Source: Malacoraja senta
Lineage: Eukaryota
Reading direction: 5' to 3'
Length of the DNA stretch: 64,000 nucleotides
Assembly (NCBI GenBank): GCA_038087875.1
Contig: CM075989.1
Span: forward strand, 14,076,001 to 14,140,000
Below the pieces are notes generated by a model. The model had not been told where the DNA came from. It ran no database searches and worked only from the letters and a program-made list of their open reading frames with translations. The translations under genes and the position numbers were made by a program. Below are positions 12,222 through 26,653 of this stretch, one piece after another; within the stretch, counting starts at the first letter, position 1, and every line of letters begins with the position of its first letter.

Positions 12222-13020
12222 AGATGGTTGGTTGGGGGCGCTGCGAGTCGGCTGCCCTGCCAGCAGCGTGTTTGTTATTTCGACATTCTTTGTTTTTTTT
12301 GGTGTGTCCAAATGTTAGTTTAGGTGTCTCTCGGTATGTCTTGTGGTGGGGGGGAAAAGGGGGAAACTGCTTTTGGTCGCATCCTCGACGGAGAGGCGAC
12401 TTTTTTTCATGTCGCCCTCCTCGTGGCCTAACAGCACGGATTGGAGCGGCCTTTCTCGGAGTCGGGCCTGGAGCTTCAACAGCGGGCGCAGCATGAACTT
12501 TTCAATCGCGGAGCGGGGCGAACCCTTGCTGGGGGTCGCCAGAGAGGCGTGCACCGATCGCTGGCCTGTTATAGGCCACACGCGGGCGTGGCGTAGACTT
12601 ACCATCCGGAGTCTAGGATCCCTTGCCGGGGATCGCGGGAGAAGAGCTCCGACCGCCGGCGTGTGGCCTATAACATCCTGAAGCTGCGGTCTCCGGTAGG
12701 AAAGTGGCGGATTTGGGCACTCCAAGCCGCGGAGTGTGTTTGACCGTCCCAACGTCGGAGTTTGGATCATCCCGACGAGGGGCCTGTACATCTGGCCATC
12801 CGTAGTGGCGACTACGGGGGGTTTATGGCCCTGATCATGGATTAACAAAGGAGGAGGACTGACTGAACTTTGTTGCCTTCCACCACAGTGAAGAATGCTG
12901 TGGTGGATGTTTGTGTTAAATTCTATTGTGTATTGTGTGTTCTTTTTTTTAAGTGTATCACTGCTGGCAAAAATCATTTCACTGCACCTTCGGGGGCATG
13001 TGGCGAATAAATTTGACTGA
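12222..13020 (+). mobile_element. CpG-rich non-coding retroelement with Rex1-like 3' tail
   Basis: Shares the ttgccttcca(c/t)cacagtga...tgtggtggatgtttgtgtt block and AATAAA tail with the copies at 21.1, 29.3 and 48.3 kb. Confidence 0.6.
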
Positions 13021-15364
13021 CTTTTTTCTTTCCACAGATACTGCCTAACTTGTTGAATGTCGCGAGTATTTTCTGTTTTTAACCTCAGATTAGCAGCATC
13101 TAGTTTTTTTTAATTTCCCAATGATGGAGCAATGAACATGAATAAATTCTCGACAAGTTATAGATTGAGTTGTACCCTTGTATAATGTATATTTCTCCCA
13201 TGTTTAGCTTTCCCATACCTATCTGCAGTAGGGGTAATGAGAGTACCGTGTGGGCTGAGCTAACAGGTGGAGCATGCAACATATTGGTGGAGTAATATGA
13301 CTGTTTTTCATCATATTTTCCCACCCTCACATTGCAAGATCCTGCATATTGTTGTTCAAGTACTAGGCGGAATCGCAAAGTGTACAGATATTGATGGCTA
13401 GACTAGGAACGTCTCACTTCAGAAATTAGCAAACCCACATGTATTGCTTAAAATCAAATATTGCATCAAGATAAAAATTATTTTGAGGTGACTGCAAACT
13501 ATTTAAGCAACCATATTGTGGCAACCTTCACTTTTGATGGATGCTGTGACATGTTGCACAGTTCTTAAATGCTTATATGGGTGATAATGGTGTTCAGCAT
13601 TCAGTGTCTGCCTCATTTTTTCAGCTGTCAGTTTCTGCTGCCTCTGTTACTGCTTTCCAATATTGAGTTCAACCCAGGCCATCAGTGCATCAAAACAGGA
13701 CAACAATCTTAAAAATATATTTTTCCTGTCCGTTGTGGAATGGGTAAATGTAATAAAAGGATCCATTCAAAAATATTTATATTTGTATACATGCAAAATA
13801 TTTTGCAAGATTGGGAAAAGTGATTATTTCACATAGTCAGGAACAACCTTGTTGGTTCTATTGCCTCATCTTTAAAACAGCATTGTTTATCATACTAATA
13901 CTGTTTTTAGAAGACATAAATAGCAGTTTTCAAGGTTTCCAGAGCAGCATTCGATCTTTTACCATGCTGTGTTAGTTTCAGCATTTGCTGTGACTTTGAT
14001 CTATTGCATGTTTGGATAGGGAGTCAAAATCTATTTCTCATTGTTGTGGCATCAAATACACGCGGGCATAAGTTTAAGATGAAAACAAGGAATTTGAAAG
14101 GGGATTTGAGGTTTAAGTATTTTATTCATAGAGTGCTTGATAACCGGGAATGCACGGCAAGGAATGTGTTGGAATCGGATGCAATCACCATGTTGAAGAA
14201 ACATTTTGGACTGACACTTGAATAGGTTAGGCCTAGCAGGACAAATGGGATTAGTGTAGATGGGCAGAAGAATCGGCAGACTTGTGGTGGTTCGAGAGGC
14301 ATGTTCATGTGCTGTATATCTCTATGACTCACAGACTCTGCTGGCAATGGCTTGGAAATCAATTTGATATAGAGAGAATGGTGATGTATGTATTTTGTGG
14401 GCTTGATGTCACTGAAGGCTTATGGTATGTGTTCTGGAGCCCTATGGCTCTGTGCATATCTGGCCTCTTGCTGATCAAGCCGAAGAGACGTATCTGAACT
14501 CTCGGTATTACACCAGCCATAGTTGATGCATCTAGTTTGTTATCAATCATTTTAAGAGGTCGGTGCCCTTCATTAAAAGTTAAATTTTTTTCTCAACATG
14601 ATTGTGTGAGTACCTTCATTAGAAGGACAACAGTTCAAGAAAGTGGCTCATCTCAACCTTTCGAGAATAGTTACAATGAGCCATAAATGTTAACCTTGCC
14701 AACAAAGCTCAGTAGTGAATTATAAAACAATAATGGACTTTGAAGTGAAGTTATTATTTATTGTTTATGAATATTTAATTTTTAAAAATTATTTAACCTT
14801 TTTAAACTGTTCGTGATCATCAGAACAATTGGGAATCAGTGAAAATGCTTTTCAACAGAAAATACTTTGCAATGCATAGATAGGGTGGATAGTCAGAACC
14901 TTTTCCCCAGGATGGATAAAATCTAATACTAGAGAGCATAGCTTTAAGGTTACAGGGGTAAAGTTTAAAGGAGATGTGCGTGGCACCTTTTTTACACAAG
15001 GTGGTGAGTACCTGGAACGCGCTGGTGGTAGAGGCAGGTACGATAGTGGCATTTAAGCGGCTTTTGAATATGCAGGGAAAAGTGGGAAATATGCAGGTGG
15101 ATGAGAGGTGGCCTTGGCTTCATGTTCGGCACAGATGTTGTGGACCGAAGGGCTTTTCATGTGCTTTACTGTTCTATGTTCCAACACCATAAGCTATTAG
15201 GATACCTTGGAAGTGTGTGGGCCAAGGTGCAAATCATCAACCATTGGCGTTTGCAGTTGGTCCACCGCAGTAAAGCCAGCCAACATTTCAAGTCACACAG
15301 CCACAGAAGCGAGAGGCATGGGTTCAGCGTGTTCTGGCCTAGCTTGTGGAGCTCGAATAGCTGG

Positions 15365-17805
15365 CATCTTGGTTGGTACTGGACCCCAAGAAACGGAGTT
15401 TGTCGAGTGCCTCTGAGATGGATTCTTAGAGCAGCTTGCACTGGAGCCTACCAGGGAGAAGGCAACTCTGGATTTAGTGTTGTGTAATAATCTGGATTTG
15501 ATAAGAGAACTCAAGGTAAAGGAACCATTAGGCGGGAGTGACCAGAATATATATTTTAATCTGCGATTTGAGAGGGAGAAGGTAAAATCTGAAGTGTCAG
15601 TATTGCAGTTGAACAAAGGGGACTGTGGAGGCATGAGGGAGGAGCTGGCCAAAATTGACTGGAAAGTGACCCTTAGCGGGGTACACGGTGGAACAGCAAT
15701 TCCAGGAATTTCTGGGAATAATCCTGAAGATGCAGGATCATTTCATTTCAAAGAGGAGGAAAGATTCTAGGGGAGTAAGAGGCAGCCATGGCTGACAAGG
15801 GAAGACAAGGACAGTATAAAACTAAAAGAGAAGACATATAACACAGCAAAAATGAGCGGGAAGCCATAGGATTGGGCAACTTTTAAAGAACAACAGAAGG
15901 AAACTAAAAAGGCAACACGGGGAGAAAAGATGAAGTACGAAGGTAAGCGAGCCAATAATGTAAAGGAGGATAGTAAAAGCTTCTTTAGGTATGTGAAAAG
16001 GAAAGGATTAGTTAAGACAAATGTGGGTCCCTTGAAGACAGAAACAGGTGAATTTATTCTGAGGAAAAAGGAAATGGCAGACGAGTTGAACCAGTACTTT
16101 GTTTCTGTCTTCACGAAGGAAGACACAAACAGTCTCCCTGATGTACTAGGAGACAGAGGATCTAGGATGACGGAGAAACTGAAGGAAATTCACATTAGTC
16201 AAGACATGGTGTTGGGTAGACTGATGGGACTGAAGGCTGATAAATCCCCAGGGCCTGATGGTCTGCATCCCACGGTACTCAACGAGGTGGCTCTCGAAAT
16301 CGTGGATGCATTGGTGATCATTTTCCAATGTTCTATAGATACTGATTCGGTTCCTGTGGATTGGAGGGTAGCTAATGTTATCCCACTTTTTAAGAAAGGC
16401 AGGAGAGAGAAAATTGGGAACTATAAGCCTGACATCGGTAGTGGGAAGATGCTGGAGTCAATTATTAATGATGTAATAGCGGCGCATTTGGATAGCAGTA
16501 ACATGCTCGGTCCAAGTCAGCATGGATTTACAAAGGGGAAATCTTGCTTGACTAATCTTCTGGAATTTTTTTGAGGATGTAACAAGTAAAATGGATAAGG
16601 GAGAGCCAGTGGATGTAGTGTATCTGGACTTTCAGAAAGCCTTTGATAAGGTCCCACACAGGAGATTAGTGGGCAAAATTAGAGCACATGGTATTGTGGG
16701 TAGGGTATTGACATGATAGAATATTGGTTGGCAGACAGGAAACAAAGAGTAGGATTTAACGGTTCCTTTCAGAATGGCATGTAGTGACTAGTGGGGTGCC
16801 GCAGGGCTCGGTGCTGGGACTGCAGCTATTTACAATATAAATGATTTAGATGAAGGAATTAAAAGTAACATTAGCAAATTTGCAGATGACACAAAGCTGG
16901 GTGGCAGTGTGAACTGTGAAGAGGATGCTATGAGGATGCAAGGTGACTTGTACAGGTTGGGTGAGTGGGCAGATGCATGGCAGATGCAGTATAATGCGGA
17001 GAAATGTGAGGTTATCCACTTTGGTGGCAAGAACAAGAAGGCAGATTGTTATCTGAATGGTGTCAGATTAGGAAAAGGGGAAGTGTAACGAGACCTGGGT
17101 GTCCTTGTATATCAGTCACTGAAAATAAGCATGCAGGTGTAGCAGGCAGTGAAGAAAGCTAATGGCATGTTGGCCTTCATAACGATAGGATTTGAATATA
17201 GGAGCAAAGAGGTCCTTCTGCAGTTGTACAGGGCCCGGGTGAGACCACACCTGGAGTATTGTGTGCAATTTTGGTCCCCTAATGTGAGGTGATCTTGCTA
17301 TTGAGGGAGTGCAGCGTAGGTTCACGAGGTTAATTCCTAGGATGGCAGGGCTGTCATATGATAAAAGAATGGAATGATTGGTCTTGTATTCACTGAAATT
17401 TAGAAGGATAAGAGGGGATCTTGAAAAAACATATAAAATTAGTAAGGGATTGTACACGCTAGATGCAAGAAACATGTTCCCGATGTTGGGGGAGTCCAGA
17501 ATCGGGGGCCACAGTTTTCCGAACAAGGGGTTGGCCATTTAGAACTAAAATGCGGAAAAACATTTTCACTTTGAGAGTTGTGCATTTGTGGAATTCCCTG
17601 CCTCAGAAGGCAGTGGAGGCCGATTCACTGGATGCATTCAAGAGAGAGTTAGATATAGCTCTTAGGGCCAGCGGAATCAAGGGATATAGGGAGAAGGGAG
17701 GAACGGGGTACTGATTGTGGATGATCAGCCATGATCACATTGAATGGCGGTGCTGGCTTGAAGGGCTGAATGGCCTACACCTGCACCTATTTTCTATGTT
17801 TCTAT
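15365..17805 (+). mobile_element. CR1 LINE ORF2 (endonuclease end, RT, 3' tail), 5'-truncated and frameshifted
   Basis: DKSPGPDGLHP, PVDWRVANVIPLFKKG, SQHGFTKGKSCLTNLLEFF, YLDFQKAFDKV, SGVPQGSVLG, KFADDTKL; tail ending ctatgtttctat. Confidence 0.95.
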
Positions 17806-20039
17806 CTGAAAACTGTTTGTGTGAGCTACCCCATCCTCTGGTGACACCAAAATAAATCTAATTTAATAAAGTTTCCTGCAGTTCAGTTAAATTATGCTTA
17901 AGGCGTCTGAAATTCTGCAGCACCGTTGATTTGGTATGGCATGTTGAGAAATAATTTGTGCAGAAATCATAACTGCATTCTGCGACCTGGAAATGCGGCT
18001 TTTGTGTAAATCTGAACATATTGATGTGACTATTTTGAAAATATAAAAGAAAAATGTTGCAAGGTGTTCTGAACTGCTGCTGCCCTCAGGTAAAAAGCTG
18101 CACCCCAATTGGCAGGTGGTGTCCAACATGTTCAGTCTTCAGTTTGTATTTGTTCATGAATTTCATTGAGTGGAGATTAGACATATTTCAATGTATACAA
18201 TTCTTCTCAGTTGTTTACACCAGACTGGTGACCTAGCATGATTAGTAGAGATATAACCAATCATCTCCACTTTGTCTGGCACTGACATTGTCCCTTGAAA
18301 CAGCCTCAACTTTGTACACAACTACACAAAACTACAAGCTGTTAAAGAGGAAACAATGTAGCTGGACTTCGCAATATGTAATATTTCAAATTGACAGTTG
18401 TCATTTTAATATCATTTAATTAAAGCTTGGGAAATAGCATTTTTCTCAGTAAAGATATTGCATCCATGTCTTCCTGTAGTACCACTGGTAATTGATCGTA
18501 ATGAACTGGTCGTAGATTTGCATTTAGTTTTGAAGTCAAAGTCAATACGATGTTGGCAGAATTGTTTTCTGTACAGCAATCTGCACGGTGCTCTCTGGTG
18601 CTTTCACTAGAACTAAGTGTTGCTATATAATTGTTACTATATTGCTAAAACCGATGATGTTATTGAGGTTTTCTCCACATTCCACAAATTCAACATTTTG
18701 TGGCTATTAAAACTGAAAATGAAAATATAATAATATGAAAATGTAACTGAGTACTTTGAGCTGTATGTTTCTCATAGGAAATCACCGTAGCACTAAATTT
18801 TGCTTATCTTCTTTAGGCACTGAAGTAGATAAGGGAAATGATACGCTGCTATTGATAGAGGATCTCTCCAAAACAGGGCTCATTGTGTATTGTACACTAG
18901 GATTGATAGATTTCTATGGTAATAGATTTCTTACAACCTAGAAGATGAAGTATAAATTTCACTGAGGTATGTTGTGAAATTGAGCTATATTTCTGGTAAT
19001 TTTGGGGCTAGTACAGATATGAAATTGAAAGTTGCAAATTGCTATACAAAGCCCAACTAGATTATTAATCCATTTATGAATCTAGTTGCCTCAAAAAGGC
19101 AAGCAATCACCGCCGTTATTTTCAGTGAGCAAATAGGAAACACCAATCAAAGGATGTGTAATAGAAATGTGCAGTTTGATGACCACTTTAAAATAATACG
19201 ATATTAGCTGATTGATATGGATGCCTCTTTAAATCACATACATTATGTTACATTTTGGTTAAAATAGAACATGTTGTTATCTGTGTGGAGACTTCACTGA
19301 TAACATCAGCGTTTGTGGGATGCCTGTTTGAACTTATGTAGTTTATATGGCGTAGGCACTTCCATTTAAATAAAAATGAACATTGTGGCAGATGCTGGAA
19401 ATCTGAATTACAAACAAAGTGTTTGATTTACACATCATGTCAGACCGAATGCGTGGAAGGAGAAACAGTTAATATTTCACATCCAAGACACTTCATCACG
19501 AAAATGATGAATAATGAGCTGAGTTTAGATAATGACAATGAAGAAATGCAATTCATTTATAAGCCAGGATAGTATGCAACTTGGGGAATCTTCAGATGGT
19601 AATTGTCTGGTGTAACTGATGCCCTTGTCCTCTTTGGTGATGTGGTCATGGATGTGGGAGGTGCTACCAAACTGGCTGGGAAAAGATGTATTACATATCT
19701 TGCAGTTAGCACACATTGTACTACTTGCAGATATTAGAAATGCTGATTTGAAATGCTTCAGCACTTTTTCTTAGTGGTCTATTGGTTTAGTAATTTAGTT
19801 ATTAGGAGTTTAAAGACTGTGTATAATATTTAACCACAGGTTTACTGTGTACTGCATCATACAGTCCAATAGAGCCAGATACCAGAGATAAAAAATCCCC
19901 TGCACTATCTGTTAAATTAACTTGGTGATTCAGCATTTGGAATATTATTTTTTATCTTAAATCAATATAATGTGTGTTAGTGATCAGCTATGTTATTGAG
20001 GTTTGCAGTATGAACCAGCTATTGCCAATCTATGCCAAT

Positions 20040-20510
20040 ATCTATATCTATACATTAAAAGTCTCATCTTGTGTGTGGCTGTGTGTATGTTTTGTATCTT
20101 CCTCAAAACACTACATGCTAGCACTTAAATTTTTACATATTCTAACTCACAATTTCCCCCTCCAAGCAGTGCTCAGGTTCATTTAAGATTTCATACTATA
20201 TTTCACGTTATTCACAATTAAAGCTTTAAAAAAAGCCCCAAACCGCTACTCACAGAGAGCCTTTTCCCAGCAGCTTCCAGTGATGATGTCACAATGCCAT
20301 CTCACAGATGTCCAATCACAATGGATTTCATTTACAATTGACATCACAATGGGACGTTGCCAACGGTAACCGCGGCTTCTCACATAGCCTTTTTCCAGCA
20401 GCTTCCCGTGATGACGTCACGATCCCACTCACAGTGCACCAATCACAATGGGCTCTCAAGCTGCCGAGTACCACATTGATATCACAATGGGACGCACTGT
20501 ACATTTAAAA
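20040..20510 (+). mobile_element. Possible non-autonomous Helitron-like fragment with internal repeats
   Basis: Starts atctatatctatacattaaaag...tgtgtgt, like Helitron 5' ends; repeated gatgacgtcac/atcacaatggg units. No 3' hairpin plus CTAG was found. Confidence 0.3.
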
Positions 20511-21117
20511 TCAACTGGTGTTATCTGTCAGTTTGCTTCACTCTTTAAACTATAGAGGTACTCCAACAAGCAGAATTGACTGCAATCCCTTGTATTGATC
20601 ATCTGCTTTCTGGAAGTGGAACAGGAGTGCTGTACTTACTCTTTCATTGTCCATGTTCAGTACCTAATACGAAGTCTGGAACTATTCTGAATGTTCACAT
20701 GGTTTGTGTATAATTCAGCCTTTAGGAACATCACATAGTGTTCTTTTTATTTGTTGCTTAGTGGTCAAGTTATTTGGTCTTGCTTTCCATTAGGATTGGG
20801 AACTATCTGATCCTCCGCAGAGATAACAAAGTGTTCTTGGTGACTTTATTTTTGTAATCTGCAAGTCCAGCTTTACCTAAATTTATATCCAAGCGGTTGA
20901 CAAGGTTAATACTATTTGTGCAGAAGCAGATTTTGACAGTGCCTGTGATGTAACAGGAACTCAGTTGTTTTCATCTGATGCTGGAAGCCTCACTTGTAGG
21001 TCTTAAGTAATGAATTTATCTGACATCTCTGATAGCGCCCTCCACCACTTTTAATCCTCCCACCAATCTCCTTAGGCATGTGGTGCTCACATGACCAGCC
21101 CCACCCACCATTTTCAA

Positions 21118-21835
21118 GGTTTTAAGGTCAGTTTATGTCGCATGTACCAGTTAAGGTACAATGAAATTTGAGTTATCATACAGCCATACTAAGTGAAAAG
21201 CAGTAAGACACACAACCACATAAAGTTAACATAAACATCCATCACAGTGGATTCCACATTCCTCATTGTGATGGAAGGCAATAAAGTTTAATCTTTTTCC
21301 TCTTGTTCTCCCGCGGTCGGGGCAGTCAAACCATCCGCAGTCGGGGCGATTAAAGCCCCCGCAGCTGACGATCGAAGCCCCTATCGAGGTGATCGAAACT
21401 CCCACGTCGGGGTGGTTGAAACTCTCTCCGCGGCACGGAGCTCCAGAGTTTTCTCTCCTTACCAGAGATCGCGGGCTTCACGATGTTGAATTCCACCAGG
21501 CCCCACGGTTGGAGCTTCGATCAGCAAAGGGATCGCAAGCTCCGCGATGTTAAAGTCCCGCAGACACTCGTGGCTTGGAGCACCCGTCGGTCTCCAGGAA
21601 GGGCTGCCAACTCCACGATGTAAGGCCACAGTGGGGACGGAGATACGATATGGGAAAAAATCGCATCTCCGTCGAGGTAAGAGATTGGGAAAAAAATGTT
21701 TCCCCCAACTCCCCCCGCATAAAACAAACCAAGGAATACTAAAACATACTCTTCAACACATACCAAAAATAATAAAAAGAAGAAAGGACAGACAGACTGT
21801 TGGCGAGGCAGCCACTGCTGGTGGCGTCACCCGGT
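21118..21835 (-). mobile_element. CpG-rich non-coding retroelement, close paralog of 29255-29992
   Basis: Collinear similarity to the 29.3-30.0 kb copy over about 700 bp. Confidence 0.75.
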
Positions 21836-22477
21836 GGAACTATTTTCCACTCTGCACCTGAATTCCAATCGAAATGCTCCAATTGGTAATTGGACCACTT
21901 GACTCAACTAATTTTGGCCTTATACTTGCCTATTACAACCCCCGTACCAATCCCCTGGAGCTGATCCTCCCCAATTTTCCATTCCTAGCTTCTCAACCCC
22001 TCTACTCATCCCCAAACACTCTCAATCTCAGATTTCTCCTGAGCAGCAGCTCTTGGTTTTGTTAGAACCTCTGAAGAAAAGGCCGTACCTAGTGTGCAGC
22101 TAATTCACTTGCTCACCAATACTAGCTCCAGGGCGAAAAAAAATCAGCTCTTCGTCAGTTCTGGACAGGTGTATCAGTCAAAATGTCTGCAATCTCTGCA
22201 GTGCTGGCAGTTCTAATGTCAGTTGCAGTTTACAATTATTTCTATTTGTTAAATATTATCCTTTGTCAGAACTGATATTTTCTTCAAGAATACTGCTAGT
22301 TAGGATGTGTAACACCAAGAATGTTATTCAGAGTTTTCATGTAGCAATAATAACCAGTATAATTGAATTTGAGATGATACAAAGATTGTGGACGCTTCAG
22401 GCAATAACCTGGTTTACCTATAAAAAGCCTATGACTAATTTACCAATGGCACAATATATGTGCAAAAAAGCCACTAA

Positions 22478-22749
22478 TGGGCCTGTCCCACTTGGCGATT
22501 TTTTTTAGGCAACTGCCAGTGACTGTCATAGTCGTAGCAGGTTGCTGAAAAACCAGCGACAACCTGCATTATCCTGGCGACAACCTACGACAGCTCCTAC
22601 GTCAGGAGAACTCAAGCTACGCTCGTTGGCGTCAAACCCACGGTCGCGGAAAAATTTTCAACATGTTCGATGGCGACCACCGGCGAACATGTGGCGACAG
22701 ACTAGTCGCCTGTAGTTGCCTAAAAAATCGCCTAAGTGTGACAGGCCCA
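22478..22749. mobile_element. PIF/Harbinger-type MITE
   Basis: TIRs TGGGCCTGTCCCACTT / AAGTGTGACAGGCCCA, flanked by TAA and TTA; a related truncated copy starts at 41734. Confidence 0.8.
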
Positions 22750-23189
22750 TTACTTCCACACTGTAACTGGTCACCATGCACCCAATTCAGCCTTGTAATA
22801 TGAGTGCAGCAACTAGTGTCAACTATCCCACCTCCAGGATATCACAACAAGAGTTTCACACAACAGTGCAGCATCCCCAACTATTATCAGATCCTTTTTA
22901 AATGATCGTCCTTCCATCATAAATGGTGATGCCCGTTGATGATTGATTGCACAATGTTCAATTCCATTTCCAATTCCTCAGCAAATGAAGCAGTTCATGC
23001 CTTAATGCGGCCAAACCTAGACAACATTCAGACATGGGCTTCATGTTCTCCTTCAAGTCGCACATTATCCTGACTTTGCATGTCCTTCATCATTGCCGAG
23101 TTTAACTTTTGGAGCCCCACGAGGACTACACTGGTTCAAAAAAGCAGCTCATCGCTATCCTCTCAAGGAAAATTAGGGATGATCAATAA

Positions 23190-23757
23190 ATGGAGTATTG
23201 CGTATGGTTTTGGTCTCCAAATCTGAGGAAGGACATTATAACCATGGGGGGGAGTGCAGAGAAGGTTCACCAGACTGATTCCTGGGATGTCAGGACTTTC
23301 ATATGAAGAAAGACTGGATAGACTTGGCTTATACTCGCTAGAATTTAGGAGATTGAGAGGGGATCTTATAGAAACGTACAAAATTCTTGTGGGGTTGGAC
23401 AGGCTAGATGCAGGAAGATTGTTCCCGGTGTTGGGGGGGTCCAGGACAGGGGGTCACAGCTTAAGGATAAGGGGGAAATCCTTTAAGACCGAGATGAGGA
23501 AAAACCTTTTCACACAGAGAGTGGTGAATCTCTGGAGCTCTCTGCCACAGAGGGTAGTTGGGGCCAGTTCATTGGCTATATTTGGGAGGGAGTTGGATGT
23601 GGCCCTTGTGGCTAAAGGGATCAGGGGGTATGGAGAGAAGGCAGGTACGGGATGCTGAGTTGGATGATCAGCCATGATCATATTGAATGGCGGTGCAGGC
23701 TCGAAGGGCCGAATGGCCTACTCCTGCACCTATTTTCTATGTATCTATGTATCTATG
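23190..23757 (+). mobile_element. CR1 LINE 3' end
   Basis: QRRFTRLIPGMSGLSYEERLDRLGLYSLEFRRLRGDLIETYKI; (ctatgtat)n tail. Confidence 0.95.
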
Positions 23758-24534
23758 TAAATGCTGACTCGCTAGTGACATTTAGATCATGAGAAATAAA
23801 TAAAATAAACAATTAAAAGCTATTGTTCTTGAGCTCATGATTCTATAAATGTTTCTTGGAGCAAGCTACCCTATTTGCATATTTATCCCTGTGATCACTT
23901 ATTTCTCAACTAATAGCACTATAGCAGATTATCTATGTTTCTATTGTTTGGTATTTGTGGAGATTTGCTATACAAAACTTGAATGCCATATTTTTCTACA
24001 TCACAACGGTGACTACACGTTGAAAGTACGAAATTAATGTACTTTGCAAATTCCTGATGTTGTGAAGGGTGCTTATAAATGTAAATTATTTCTTTGTCTT
24101 TGTTTCTGCCTGACTGCACCAAATATCATCCACCCATTTTCACAGAACAAAGTAATTTCTCTAGTTATTTATGAGAGTGTCCCGTCCAAACGTACATTTT
24201 CTCCTTTAGTTATTTTGGCTGATGTATTCTGGCTCTAGTTTGACCATTATGAAAATCTGATAGTAAATTGTTGGAAGAGTGTGCACATTTGTTTAGATTC
24301 AATTAGTTGGCAGAATGATTGCTGTATAAGGCTGGCTTTGCTGATTTTTTTTGCTCATAGTCTATATATTGAATTTGTTTTTTATTGGCAGTATTTCTTG
24401 CAGTATTCCATTTGTTAATATGTGTTAAGATGTTAAGATCTTATTCTTTAATGTTTGGGATTTGTATCATCCCATTGATTGGAGAGAAGTTTATTAAAGT
24501 TCTGCTGTTTTAAATAAGTATTTTTTATTAACAG

Positions 24535-24660
24535 AAAACAAGATGACAAAGACTCTCCTTTTGTCAGCAAAAGCGATTTAGAGTCTTTTTCAAGTTGCAG
24601 CCGATTATCCAGTCAACAGCATTCACTGGAGAGCAAAACTTCATTAGAATTATCTACCAA
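24535..24660 (+). CDS. Internal coding exon of the unidentified host gene (phase 2 to phase 2)
   Basis: ttttttattaacag acceptor, AA/gtgagt donor, 126 bp open: (R)KQDDKDSPFVSKSDLESFSSCSRLSSQQHSLESKTSLELST(N). Confidence 0.7.
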
Positions 24661-26432
24661 GTGAGTTTTGTTAACCTTTATAAATCTTAAAATTACACTT
24701 CTTTCATTTTATGCTTATTAATGCAACATAAAAAATGAATGTTTTGAAAAATGTTTTTAACCTTACTAAAAGGAGGCAGTGGTATAGGAAAAGGCCAGCC
24801 ACTGCACTACAGCCAATGGCACAGCCACTGATAGATACACCTCAGAAACAGGCCCTTTGGCCGGAATCTGCCAAACATGAGCCACCCATTTTCACAAAGA
24901 CTATGTCAATCCCATTTTTTATTTTCCTGAGATTTCCTTCATACAAATACTGAAGTGATTTCAACTGGGATATATTCAGTGAGCACAGAGAGTTGGAGGC
25001 TTAACTGTACTACTGTAGATTAGCAGTAGGAAGGAGCAAAACATTGGAATGAATTAAGGAAAAAGACAAGATTTATTCAATCCTGGTGGTGGCGAACCTG
25101 TATTGGCCAGTTGGTCCCTGTATTTCGTATGAATTAGCAATTGAAGGCAGGGTTTTGAATAACTGGGTTACAAATGGGTAGAAAGGTAATAAAGTTAAGT
25201 GTGGGGATTTCAACAGCAGTCAAAATGAAGTAGGAAGTAGACAGACAACATCTGAGGTGAACAAAATTCAGTCTTCATGATGTTCTGTAAGTGTGACTCA
25301 GGGCTTATCTTTGGAGTTGCATGTGATATCGAAATTGTGAATAGGCTGGGTCATTTTCAGGCAGTTGTTCCAGATGGATGGATAAGGAAAGGATCGTCTG
25401 ACTGGTCCTGTGCTTCTAAATAATTTAATTGGAGGGAATGTTGCTTAATCCTTTACTAAATATCAAGCAAAGTGGTATTTTGGGAAAAGTGAGGATTACT
25501 GATCCAGAGACAAATGCACCCAGGATACCATGCTGCGGTGAACAAAGGACAACCAGGGCTTTTATCAAGTTTCATCTTCCTCCTAACAATTCAGTGATAT
25601 TTTATTTCAGTGAACTGATGAGTCTGGTTTAAAAGAAGAGACTACCCATTGGATAGTTATACTTACACTCATTAAGACTGAATATTTCCACCTCGGATGT
25701 TGTCCGCCTACTCCCAACCTCATTTCGGTTGCTGTTGAAATCCTTACTCTCAATTTTATTACCCATTGGATATTTTTTCCCATTTAACATTTCTCTTCTT
25801 GATAATTCATTGTTTAGCCCCTGGTAGGGAATAGCAGAGATAAAGATTTCAACAGAGTTGGCCTGTTGAAAAAGATTTAAATCAGTGCCCATGTATGAAC
25901 TTACTGCAATGCATAAAACTGTAATTAGTTTTTTTTCCATTCTGTAGCTGCTATGCACTAGTCCAAAAGGTTCTAGGGAGTGGAAACTGGGTGGAAATTG
26001 TCCATCAGATTTTGCACATTACACAGATTGCTCCCTAATGGATGTGGATCCAAACATTACCACCTCTGGTAGTTGGAAAACTGATATTGCTGTCAGCAAT
26101 AGTGTAATTTGTATCGCTCCAGGATGGAGTGTTTTATGACTGATATGTGTGCACCTCTGCTATTAAAGTAACATATTTCAGAAATCCATTTGCAGTTTAT
26201 TATTTTTACCTTGTGAATAAATCTCACAATTTGGAATGTATTTAGGCCGTCAAATATTTTTAAAATTATTGCATATGTTGAATGATACCTTTTGGTTCGG
26301 AACTGATATATATTTAACAATGTTTATTGCTGGATCTTGTAAAGTTTGTAAGAAGAATATACAGCAAATAATGACTGTTGTAGCAATTAGATTCACCATT
26401 TTATAGCAATTGCTGGAAAAGTATTTATTAAA

Positions 26433-26653
26433 GGTAAACACAAAATGCTGGGGTAACTCAGTGGGACAGGCAGCATCTCTGGAGAGAAGGAATGGGTGAC
26501 GTTTCTGGTTGAGACTGAGGTGTCTGAAGAAGGGTCTTGACCCAAAACGTCACCCATTCCTTCTCTCCAGAGATGCTGCTTGTCCCGCTGAGTTTCTCCA
26601 GCATTTTGTGTCTACCTTTGATTTAAACCAGCATCTGCAGTTCTTTCCTACAC
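26433..26653. mobile_element. Penelope-derived hairpin element
   Basis: Inverted arms; CTGAAGAAGGGTCTTGACCCAAAACGTC core; direct repeat AGTATTTATTAAA at 26420-26432 and 26654-26666. Confidence 0.7.

Noticed and set aside
12315..12977. 220-aa minus-strand ORF
   Set aside because: Lies in a GC-rich repeat; the frame is not evidently preserved in related copies.
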